From the NCBI GenBank assembly GCA_963729605.1, contig CAVSNY010000003.1, positions 288,001 to 352,000 of the forward strand: DNA of 64,000 bases. The letters run 5' to 3'. The notes under the pieces are model-generated. The model saw only the letters and a program-made list of their open reading frames with translations. It was not told the origin of the DNA and did no database searches. The position numbers were made by a program, and so were the translations under genes. The DNA is from an uncultured Gammaproteobacteria bacterium. Its GTDB lineage: Bacteria > Pseudomonadota > Gammaproteobacteria > DRLM01. Positions 41,998-50,474 of this stretch are shown here, piece by piece; positions within the stretch are counted from its first letter, which is position 1; each line of letters begins with the position of its first letter.

Positions 41998-43932
41998 ATG
42001 GCCGATTCACCATTTTATTCGAGGGATGTCTTCACCCACGCGAGCGATGCGATGCTGGTGATCGATCCTTATCAGGACCGTCTGCTGATGGCCAACATCG
42101 CCGCTTGCCGCTTGCTCGACTATCCGGAGCAGGAATTACTGAACATCCGGGCCAGCGCCTTGTGCGGGCGGCACATGCCGGCCTTGATCGTCTTCACCCA
42201 AGAGGTCAGCGAAAAGGGTACGGGCTGGCGCGACGATATTCCTCTGCGAGCCCGGCACGGCGGTCAATTGGAAGTGGAGATTTCAGCCGCCGCGTTCGTC
42301 GAGGGGGAACGGACGCTCTTGATCTTCACCGTCCGCGACGCGGAGAAAATCCGCCGCTGGCGGGAATTCAACGAGGCCAACGGCTTTCACCGGCGCGGCC
42401 TCGCCCAGTGGAAAACCATAGAAGGGGTTTTTCAAGAAATAGAACGGGAAAATCAGCTGATCTTGCGCGCCGCCGGCGAAGGCATCTACGGCGTCAACGC
42501 CGACGGCGCAACCACCTTCGTCAACCCGGCCGCCGAGCGCATGTTGGGCTGGCGCGCCGACGAATTGATCGGCAAGAACATCCACAGCGCCATTCACTAC
42601 AGCAAGGGTGACGGTTCGCATTATCATCACCGCGACTGCCCGATCTACGCGGCCTTTCGCGACGGCGAGGTGCGCCATGTCGATGACGAGGTGTTTTGGC
42701 GCAAGGACGGCAGCGCCATCGCCGTGGAATATACCAGCACGCCGATCCGCGACCACGGCCGGCTGGTGGGCGCGGTGGTGGTGTTCCGCGACATCAGCGA
42801 CCGCAAACGCGCCGACGCCCGGTTGCGCAGCGCCTTGGCCGAGGTGGAAGCCCTGCGCCATCGTCTCGAAATGGAAAACGCCTATTTACAGGAAGAAATC
42901 CGCGCCGAGCACAACTACAAGGAAATCGTCGGCAAGAGCGCGGCGATCATGACCCTCATTCATCAGATCGAACTGGTGGCGCCCACCGACGCCAATGTGC
43001 TGATCAGCGGCGAATCGGGCACCGGCAAGGAATTGATCGCCCGCGCCATCCACGAAAGCAGCCAGCGCCGCGACCGGCCGCTGATCCGGGTCAATTGCGC
43101 CTCGATTCCCCGCGAGTTGTTCGAGAGTGAATTTTTCGGTCACGTGAAAGGCGCTTTTACCGGCGCGGTGGCCGACCGTGCCGGCCGCTTCTCGCTGGCC
43201 GACGGCGGCACTTTATTTCTCGACGAGGTGGGCGAGATTCCGCTCGAATTACAGAGCAAGCTGTTGCGGGTGTTGCAGGAACAGCAATTCGAACGGGTCG
43301 GCGACACCCGCACGCAGCGGGTCAACGTGCGGGTGATCGCGGCGACCAACCGCGAACTGAAGCGGGAAGTGATGGACCATCGCTTTCGCGAGGATCTGTA
43401 TTTCCGGCTCAACGTCTTTCCCATCGAGTCGGTGCCGCTGTGCGAGCGCATCGAGGACGTCCCCTTGCTCGCCAGCCACTATCTCGAGCTCGCCCGCAAG
43501 AAATTCAACAAGGCCGAACTTAAACTGAGCATCGCCGACATCAACCGCCTGCAGGCCTATCCGTGGCCGGGGAATATCCGCGAGCTGGTCAACGTCATCG
43601 AGCGGGCGGTGATCCTTGCCCAACAAGGCCGTTTGCATTTCGTGCTGCCGGATGCGCCGCTGCGGCCATCCGCGCCGTTGCGGGAGAACACCACCATAGG
43701 GCAACCCGCCGTGCCGCTCATCATCACCGACTCCGAACGCGAGCGTCGTGACCGGGAAAATCTCATCGCCGCCTTGCGTACGACGCGGGGTAAAATCTTC
43801 GGTCCCGGCGGCGCCTCGGAACTGCTGGGTGTCAAACCCACGACGCTCGCGTCGCGCATCAAGCGACTGGGGATTAACAAGACCGTCTTGTGGTGCAGCG
43901 CAACACCGGCTGAAAACGCGCAGGAAGCTTGA
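41998..43932 (+). CDS. sigma54 enhancer-binding activator with two PAS domains and FhlA/HyfR-like C-terminus
   Basis: Two PAS domains; [33 protein letters not shown]; [19 protein letters not shown]. Confidence 0.92.
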   Translation: MADSPFYSRDVFTHASDAMLVIDPYQDRLLMANIAACRLLDYPEQELLNIRASALCGRHMPALIVFTQEVSEKGTGWRDDIPLRARHGGQLEVEISAAAFVEGERTLLIFTVRDAEKIRRWREFNEANGFHRRGLAQWKTIEGVFQEIERENQLILRAAGEGIYGVNADGATTFVNPAAERMLGWRADELIGKNIHSAIHYSKGDGSHYHHRDCPIYAAFRDGEVRHVDDEVFWRKDGSAIAVEYTSTPIRDHGRLVGAVVVFRDISDRKRADARLRSALAEVEALRHRLEMENAYLQEEIRAEHNYKEIVGKSAAIMTLIHQIELVAPTDANVLISGESGTGKELIARAIHESSQRRDRPLIRVNCASIPRELFESEFFGHVKGAFTGAVADRAGRFSLADGGTLFLDEVGEIPLELQSKLLRVLQEQQFERVGDTRTQRVNVRVIAATNRELKREVMDHRFREDLYFRLNVFPIESVPLCERIEDVPLLASHYLELARKKFNKAELKLSIADINRLQAYPWPGNIRELVNVIERAVILAQQGRLHFVLPDAPLRPSAPLRENTTIGQPAVPLIITDSERERRDRENLIAALRTTRGKIFGPGGASELLGVKPTTLASRIKRLGINKTVLWCSATPAENAQEA

Positions 43933-43933
43933 A

Positions 43934-43960
43934 GCCGCGCCGTGCGCGGCGGGGATTTTT
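43934..43960 (+). terminator. Possible intrinsic terminator
   Basis: GCCGCGC-CGT-GCGCGGC followed by GGGGATTTTT, just after the activator stop codon. Confidence 0.5.
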
Positions 43961-44007
43961 GCGTGCGGGATTGCCGCCGATAATTCGCCGCGCTCAAATC
44001 GAATCGC

Positions 44008-44364
44008 TCATTTGCCGGTTTTTTTGGCGCGAGTCTTCTTCGCGGTTTTAACCGGCTTGCGGTCCGCCGGGATTTTATTCCGCTCGGTGAATTGCGTCTT
44101 GATCTCGGCCAGCTCGGTTTTCAGCTGCGCCACTTTGGCCTGGCGTTGCGCGACCCGTTCATTCCAGCGGATCAGCACCTCGTCGCGTTCCTTGACGGCG
44201 GATTCGACCTCGGCTTGGGCGCGGGCCAGGGTCTGCTCTTTATCCTTGAGCAAGGTTTCCAGGGAAGGCGTCTTGCCGCCGCGCGCCGCCTCCAGATTTT
44301 GCGTGAGTTTGGCCACGAGGTCTTTTTGCAGTTTGAGTGCCTGGTCCAGGCTCTTGATGTCCAT
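44008..44364 (-). CDS. Coiled-coil, Lys-rich hypothetical protein (last gene of the eCIS cluster)
   Basis: 118 aa with heptad-like pattern; AAGGAG Shine-Dalgarno right after the DUF6519 stop codon. Confidence 0.75.
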   Translation of the reverse strand: MDIKSLDQALKLQKDLVAKLTQNLEAARGGKTPSLETLLKDKEQTLARAQAEVESAVKERDEVLIRWNERVAQRQAKVAQLKTELAEIKTQFTERNKIPADRKPVKTAKKTRAKKTGK

Positions 44365-44374
44365 GCTGCGCTCC

Positions 44375-47300
44375 TTAAATGCGTACGTTGAAATTATTGA
44401 TCGGCGCCGGCGTCACGGTGCCGACATTGATGTAATCGCCGGTGGTGATGTTGCCCATCAGCGCGACCTTGTTGCGGTTGGCCAAGGACATGGCGTTGAC
44501 GCCGGCCGGGCCTTTGACGTGATTGCCCATGGCGATCAGATGGCCGCCCCACAGACGCACGGTGGCGCCGAGATCGCCGGCTTCCGCGCCGAGGTGATCG
44601 CAGAGATTGTTGTTGAAGGTCACCTTCTCGAAGCGGAAATCGATGTTGTCGGTGAGCACGATGCGCATGAACTCCACCAATAGACTGCGGCCGGGGCCGC
44701 GGAAGTGATTGCCGTCGACTTGCGCGCCGCCGAACATGTATTCGATCACCGCCGCGCCGGTGGCGAAGCGGATGCCGAGCGGCCCCAACAGTACCAGGGC
44801 GCGGTGTTCGTTGAGCGGATCGAGACCGGGAAGGGCTTGGCTGTAACCGATTCGATTGCCGGTGATTTGGCAGGCGGCCAGCCAGCCGGCGATGCCGACC
44901 GCGTTAGCGGCGGTCAGCTGCGTACCGTCGGCCGAGATACCGGTGTCGATCACTTCATTATTTTCGAGGCGCACATGCGCGCCGGAAGGCGCCAGTAATT
45001 CTTCGGTGTAAACGGCGATGCCCAAAGACACCGCGCGGGTGTAGCCGCAATTCATCACGCGGTTGTCGAGCAGCGTGACGGCGCCGCGCACGAACAGCAC
45101 CATGCCGGCGAGCATGGCCGATTGCAGGGTATTGCCGGCGATTTCCAGCGCGCTTTCCTGAGTGGCGGCGATGCCGATGGCGGTTTGCGTAACGCGATTG
45201 TCCGCGATACGGTTGCGTTCGCCGTCGCTGAGCTGCACGCCGAAAAAGACTTCGTCGATGTTATTGCCGGCGATGTCGGCCTCGCTGCAATCGTCCACCC
45301 GCACACCGTACCAGCCGGCGGCGCCGCCGTCGATGTGATTGGCGCGGACCACCGCAGCGGCGATACGCGAGACGACGATGCCCGACTGCGGGCCAAGCAA
45401 CTGATTGTCGCATATCGCGGTATGATCGGCGGCGCGGCCCGCCGCGGCATCGGCCAGACAATAAATACCGGCGGGTACCAGCGTTTGAGTTATTTTCGCG
45501 GCGGCTTGCAGGACATTGTCGGAAATATGGGCATGGGCGCCGCTGACCCGCACGCCGCCCCAGGCCGCCGACAATAAATCGATGCGATTGCCGCGCACCG
45601 TGCAATCGGCGGCCTCGACATCGATGGCATACAAGCGGGTGTCCAGGTATAAACGCAATTGCGTGACATCACTGGGCGGCGTGTCCTGCGCCACGCCGTC
45701 GCTGCGGGCGATGTGATTGCCGGCGATCAGCGATCCCCGCGCCGGGCGGCGCAGCGCGATGCCGGTCCAGAAATGCCGGATGCGATTGTCCTCGATACGA
45801 CAAGCGAACGTGTGTTCGCTATCGATCAAAATGCCGTATTGACCAGTGGAGGCATCGACTTGGCCGAGAAAACGGCCGGTGATACCGATGAGATCATTAC
45901 CGGTAATTTGTAAATCGCCGTGATAGTCGCTGACGCTGATGCCGACCAGCAGATTGGCGAGCCGGTTGGTCAGTAAACTAATGTCCGCGACCTGATTGAG
46001 ATGGATGCCGGCGTAAGACGGTGTCGTTTGACCTTCCGGCGTGAGCACGCTCAGTGTGCAATGTTCCACCCGTACCCGCGTGCAGTTTTCCAGATACAAC
46101 ACGCTGCCGAGATCGGCCGCGGCGCCGGCCGCTTCGAAACCGATATCTTCGACGACGATGTCGCTGACCGGAAGATCAGCGGCGCCGATCTGTAAGAGTC
46201 GGGGCAGGCCCGCCGCGCGAACGATGACGCCGGGACTCTCGCCGCGCAGGATGATGCGCGAGCCCATGATTTCCAGCGTCGCCTCGATATCGTGCACGCC
46301 GGTCTTCAAACAGACGCAGCCGCCTTCGTCCGGCAGAGAATCGATGGCGGCCTGGATATCGTCGCCCGGCGCCACGCTGACGGTGCAGCAGCCGCCGCAG
46401 GCCGGCGGCCAAGGCGTGCGGCAATCGGTTTCGTCGTCGGGGAAAGTGACGATGGCGAGCCGCGTGTAATGACGATGGATGCCGCGCGGCGGCGCGAGCG
46501 TGAACGTTTCTACCGAAGTGTCGGTGGTGCGCGCGGCGGATACCCAGTAATCGCCGCAGTGAAATCCGCCGCCGCCCGCGGCGACGCCGAACTGCACCTG
46601 CACACCGTTTTCCAGTACCACCCACACGCCCGCCGCCGGCACTGGAATCAATCCGGTGCTGCCGGCCGCGTCGAGATTGACGATGACGTTGTTATTGGCG
46701 TCGCGCACCGTGCCCTTCTGGTCCCAGCGCCGCACCCGGGTATGGCGCGCGGCCAGGGTGTCGGCGCCGCCACCCGGTATCAGATTCGCCGGTAAGGCGG
46801 GGGAGAAGCTGACGGTCTGCTTCGCGTCGTCAACGGTGATCTTGCGCATCACGCCGCGGCGCAACAGGGGATCGCCGTTTTCGCCGGCGAGTTCGCGGCG
46901 GTCGTCGAGCACCTCCACCCAGTCGCCGGTGTTGAAGCGCAGCACCGCGTCGCGGCCGAGGCTGGCGAGTTTGAGTTCGGTGGCGGTGGCGGTGTGCGAG
47001 ACGATCTCCACCACATTGCTCGCGACGCTGGCGTTGTCGCGCGACCATTTGAAGGTCGCGGTGCCGACCGCGCCGCCGTCGTGGATCTCGATGCGATAGA
47101 GCTGATTCTCCAGGCCGCGATAACCGCCGCTGGGCGGCAGTTCGCAGGGATCGAGGTCGGGCGCCACGCCTTCGGCGCGGATCGACATGCGGCCGGCCGA
47201 AGGCGCGATCAGCGTTGACCAGCCCGCCACGTCACCGTCGGGCGTGATGCAATCCGCGCCGCCGACATTGGCCAACAAGCGTACCTGCCACACGGTTTGC

Positions 47301-47812
47301 AAACGCGTGGTGGTATCGACGCCGACCGCGGACTCCACGATCCCGGGCCGTTGCACGTGAGTGAGCTCGCGTTGCCACACTTCGAGATAAGTGAGATGCG
47401 GACCGCCGCCGGGCAGCGCGGGCGGCGCGGGAAAATAGGGCTGCTGGTCATAATTCAGCGCGGTCTGGCCGCGCGGCTCCGAGAGCAACGGATCGAATTC
47501 GGGCGCGCCGCCGCCGTGATTCTCCGCGAGCAGTCCGTCCACGTACATGCGGCCGCGACCGATGGTGATCGCGCCGCCGGTCGCGTCGATCTTGAAGGCG
47601 TCGGGCGTCTGCGGCGAGACCACCGCCACGCCGCTGACGCCGGGTACGGTAGACACGCCGAAGATATCGACGGTCTCGGCGCGCAGCCGCCGCTCCAGCA
47701 CCGCCACCCACTCGTTCCAATCCGAGTCCAATTGCACGCGCCCCTGCTGCATCAGCACACCGGCGATATCGACGCGGGGATCGAAACGTACTCGGCTGTA
47801 ATCTCCACTCAT
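44375..47812 (-). CDS. DUF6519-domain protein with right-handed beta-helix (probable fibre/receptor-binding protein)
   Basis: MSGDYSR...QQGRVQLDSDWNE, GYRGLENQLYRIEIH, FKWSRDNAS; C-terminal IxxNxI repeats. Confidence 0.85.
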   Translation of the reverse strand: MSGDYSRVRFDPRVDIAGVLMQQGRVQLDSDWNEWVAVLERRLRAETVDIFGVSTVPGVSGVAVVSPQTPDAFKIDATGGAITIGRGRMYVDGLLAENHGGGAPEFDPLLSEPRGQTALNYDQQPYFPAPPALPGGGPHLTYLEVWQRELTHVQRPGIVESAVGVDTTTRLQTVWQVRLLANVGGADCITPDGDVAGWSTLIAPSAGRMSIRAEGVAPDLDPCELPPSGGYRGLENQLYRIEIHDGGAVGTATFKWSRDNASVASNVVEIVSHTATATELKLASLGRDAVLRFNTGDWVEVLDDRRELAGENGDPLLRRGVMRKITVDDAKQTVSFSPALPANLIPGGGADTLAARHTRVRRWDQKGTVRDANNNVIVNLDAAGSTGLIPVPAAGVWVVLENGVQVQFGVAAGGGGFHCGDYWVSAARTTDTSVETFTLAPPRGIHRHYTRLAIVTFPDDETDCRTPWPPACGGCCTVSVAPGDDIQAAIDSLPDEGGCVCLKTGVHDIEATLEIMGSRIILRGESPGVIVRAAGLPRLLQIGAADLPVSDIVVEDIGFEAAGAAADLGSVLYLENCTRVRVEHCTLSVLTPEGQTTPSYAGIHLNQVADISLLTNRLANLLVGISVSDYHGDLQITGNDLIGITGRFLGQVDASTGQYGILIDSEHTFACRIEDNRIRHFWTGIALRRPARGSLIAGNHIARSDGVAQDTPPSDVTQLRLYLDTRLYAIDVEAADCTVRGNRIDLLSAAWGGVRVSGAHAHISDNVLQAAAKITQTLVPAGIYCLADAAAGRAADHTAICDNQLLGPQSGIVVSRIAAAVVRANHIDGGAAGWYGVRVDDCSEADIAGNNIDEVFFGVQLSDGERNRIADNRVTQTAIGIAATQESALEIAGNTLQSAMLAGMVLFVRGAVTLLDNRVMNCGYTRAVSLGIAVYTEELLAPSGAHVRLENNEVIDTGISADGTQLTAANAVGIAGWLAACQITGNRIGYSQALPGLDPLNEHRALVLLGPLGIRFATGAAVIEYMFGGAQVDGNHFRGPGRSLLVEFMRIVLTDNIDFRFEKVTFNNNLCDHLGAEAGDLGATVRLWGGHLIAMGNHVKGPAGVNAMSLANRNKVALMGNITTGDYINVGTVTPAPINNFNVRI

Positions 47813-47879
47813 GGCTGTTCTCCTGCTTTTCTAGTTCTGTGCTTCAAAGGTCCGTGTTTTAACGTCGATTAAATACGTT

Positions 47880-48055
47880 CCTTCCCTCTGCGAGCGGGAA
47901 GGCCATAACGCGAGCGCTGTTCGTTCCTGCACCGCGCCCATCCGCTGCGCTATTTCATGATTCCGGCATCGCAAGGAGCGAAAACCCGGTTGTTCCAGCC
48001 ACAGGCGTCTCTGGCGGTCTGGTGCGATATGTTCACTCGCCTTATCAACTCCCAT
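47880..48055 (-). pseudogene. Degenerate DUF559 (Vsr-like endonuclease) C-terminal relic ending in a BoxC-like hairpin
   Basis: HIAPDRQRRLWLEQPGFRSLRCRNHEI resembles the DUF559 pattern DxxRxxWLxxxGFRVLRFWNxEV; hairpin CCTTCCC..GGGAAGG at 47880-47902. Confidence 0.55.
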
Positions 48056-50099
48056 AAATCACCCCCGCCTCCAGACCGAAGCGCAGATATTCCTCCATCC
48101 GCACGCGCAAATTGCCCTCGCGCTGCGGTTGATACAGGCCGTGCAGCACGCCCATCTCGCTTTCGTCGTGGGCGCCGCGGCGGATCTTCTCCGACGTGCT
48201 TTGCCGCAGTTGACAGTAGCCGCCGTCGCCGTAGCGCAGCGAGGTGAAGTGCGGCCGCGGCTCGAGTGCATCGCCTTGCGGCTGGCAATGAAAGCGGCGC
48301 GGTGTACGCGAGGCGGGCGGCACGTAGGAAAACCGCACGCAACCCCGCTGACGGCGTTCGGCCCACAGCGGCGCCTTCCATGCGTCGCCGCCGGTGATCA
48401 GCGAGGCGGCGAAGATGCAGTCGCTCGCCAACGTGAGCTGTTGGGTGTGGACCTTGCCGATGACGGTGCAGCTCTCCATACGGAGCGCGCCGCCCGCGGC
48501 GAGGGCATCGGCGCCGGGTCCGCGATAGGCGACGCGGTCTTGCGCCGTGGCGTCGATGATGCACTCGTTGAGCGATATCTGCGCATCGGCGGCGATATGT
48601 ACGGGTGCGCTGATGCAACGTTCCAGTTCCACTGTGGCGAAGGCGTGCGCCACCACCAGGCCCGGGTCGTCGGCCAGCGGCGGTGAGCCGTTGCCCTTGC
48701 TGCGCGGGCCGGGCACCAGGGTGCAGTCGCGCAGGGTGAGATGACGCGGCTGACTGTCGGCGGAGGCGGGCAGGATCAGCGTGCCGCCGCTGATCACCCA
48801 GCCGTCGAGTATCAAAGTCGATTCGGCGCCGAGGCTGAGATCGATGTCGCCGTTCGCCGCCAGCAGGGGCCGCGCGCCGTTGACCGCGCGCAGCACCACG
48901 GTCTTGCCGGCATTGACGGTGATGCTCGGCGTCTCGACATAACGGAAGCTGTCGATCACCTCCACCGTGCCGCCGTTCTGCACGGCGTCGAGCGCGGGTT
49001 GCAATGCCGCTCCGCCTTGCACGGTCTGCACCGGCGTGACCAGCACGGCGGGGGCGCCGCGCTCATATTCGCCGCCGCCGATGGCGATGGTGAATCCATA
49101 ATGAAAACTCGCGAGCACGGTTGTGCCCGGCGCGTCGGCGAAGGCGATGCGGCCCAATACCGGATCGATGGCCACTCTGCCCGAGCCCGCGGCGGGTTGA
49201 TGGGCCCAGGCGATCACATTGCCGCCGCCGTCCTTGATGTCGCTCAAATCGCAGATATGAATAGCGCCGCGCGGTATGAGCTGCGGCGGATTGCCCGCCA
49301 ATTCCAGGCACAGGCTCTTGCCGATGCCGTAATCATCGTCGAGATGCGCCTTGAGCCGGCGCCGCGTGAGCGGCAGCGGGATATTGCGCGGCTCGGCGAG
49401 GTGAGTGATTTCTTCCTCGGTCTCCGGCGTGTTGTAGAGCGCCAGGTCGGTGCCGAGCGGATTGAAGCGGAAACGCAGGCCGCCGCCGATGACCGGATCG
49501 ATGACCGCGGGCGAGCGGGTGAGGGGAAAGGCGCGCACGCGCCAGAGATAAAGTCCGATGTTATGGATGTTGTGACGCGCGGCGCCGCTGCTTATCCGCC
49601 GCACGTCGATGGTATGCGCGAGGGTGTCGAAGGCGGTGTCGCGCCACTGGAGCTTTTCCCAGTCGCGCAGATCGGGCGCGTAATGCGCAGTGGCGCGCAG
49701 GTGATTCATGTATTGCGTCCAGCCCAGCAACTGAAAGAACTCCACCGCCCGCGCCGGCCAGCCGGTGACGTCGCGCGCGAGTTGTTCGAGCATCGACGCC
49801 GTGCCTTTGCGGCGGCGATAGCGAATGGTGTTCGCCACGTCGGCGCGCGGCGAGGCCACGTGGGGCGCGACGCCGTGCAGGCTGCGATAGCCGATGAGAT
49901 CGCCGATGTAGGGCGCCGCCCACGCGGCGCAGGTCTCGATGAACTGATCGTCGTAGAGCTGTTCGAGGTTTTCCTCCATGGCCGCGACTTGTTCGGCGAT
50001 GACGCTTAGCAGCTCGCGCAAAGGGTAACCCTGTTCGGCATCCCGGATGCGGTGGATGGCGGGGAGTAATTGGTAGAGGCGGTCGGCGGTGTCGGTCAT
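48045..50099 (-). CDS. Baseplate wedge / P2 gpI-like tail protein
   Basis: LYQLLPAIHRIRD...LYDDQFIETC...PYIGDLIG...RRRKGT...ESEMG. Confidence 0.8.
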   Translation of the reverse strand: MTDTADRLYQLLPAIHRIRDAEQGYPLRELLSVIAEQVAAMEENLEQLYDDQFIETCAAWAAPYIGDLIGYRSLHGVAPHVASPRADVANTIRYRRRKGTASMLEQLARDVTGWPARAVEFFQLLGWTQYMNHLRATAHYAPDLRDWEKLQWRDTAFDTLAHTIDVRRISSGAARHNIHNIGLYLWRVRAFPLTRSPAVIDPVIGGGLRFRFNPLGTDLALYNTPETEEEITHLAEPRNIPLPLTRRRLKAHLDDDYGIGKSLCLELAGNPPQLIPRGAIHICDLSDIKDGGGNVIAWAHQPAAGSGRVAIDPVLGRIAFADAPGTTVLASFHYGFTIAIGGGEYERGAPAVLVTPVQTVQGGAALQPALDAVQNGGTVEVIDSFRYVETPSITVNAGKTVVLRAVNGARPLLAANGDIDLSLGAESTLILDGWVISGGTLILPASADSQPRHLTLRDCTLVPGPRSKGNGSPPLADDPGLVVAHAFATVELERCISAPVHIAADAQISLNECIIDATAQDRVAYRGPGADALAAGGALRMESCTVIGKVHTQQLTLASDCIFAASLITGGDAWKAPLWAERRQRGCVRFSYVPPASRTPRRFHCQPQGDALEPRPHFTSLRYGDGGYCQLRQSTSEKIRRGAHDESEMGVLHGLYQPQREGNLRVRMEEYLRFGLEAGVIYGS

Positions 50100-50109
50100 T
50101 GGATATCTA

Positions 50110-50146
50110 CCCCTCTCCCTGGCCCTCTCCCACAAGGGGAGAGGGG
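50110..50146. repeat. BoxC-like palindromic repeat
   Basis: CCCCTCTCCCTGGCCCTCTCCCACAAGGGGAGAGGGG. Confidence 0.8.
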
Positions 50147-50474
50147 ACGCACACAAACGTGTTTGAGGAAACTGTATCGCAATCGCACGAGTTAGCGAGG
50201 CAAGCGTGCCTGCTCATTGCCGCTCGCCGGTTGCGCGTCTCCCGTTTCCCTCTCGCCGCGAAATAAAAAAAGACGCTCTTATTTTCACCCTCCATCTCAC
50301 AGCGGGGCGATAGCGCCGCCGAAGGAGGCTGGACGGCCAGGGTGGGGGTGAAGACTCGATGAATACATGGTCCGGCCGTATCACGTCGGCCAGAGTTTAC
50401 TCGTATCCCTGCTTGGCTCCGGTAAGGGGAAAGTAGTGACAGGGCGCGACTCGAAAAAGCAACGGCATTGCGTC

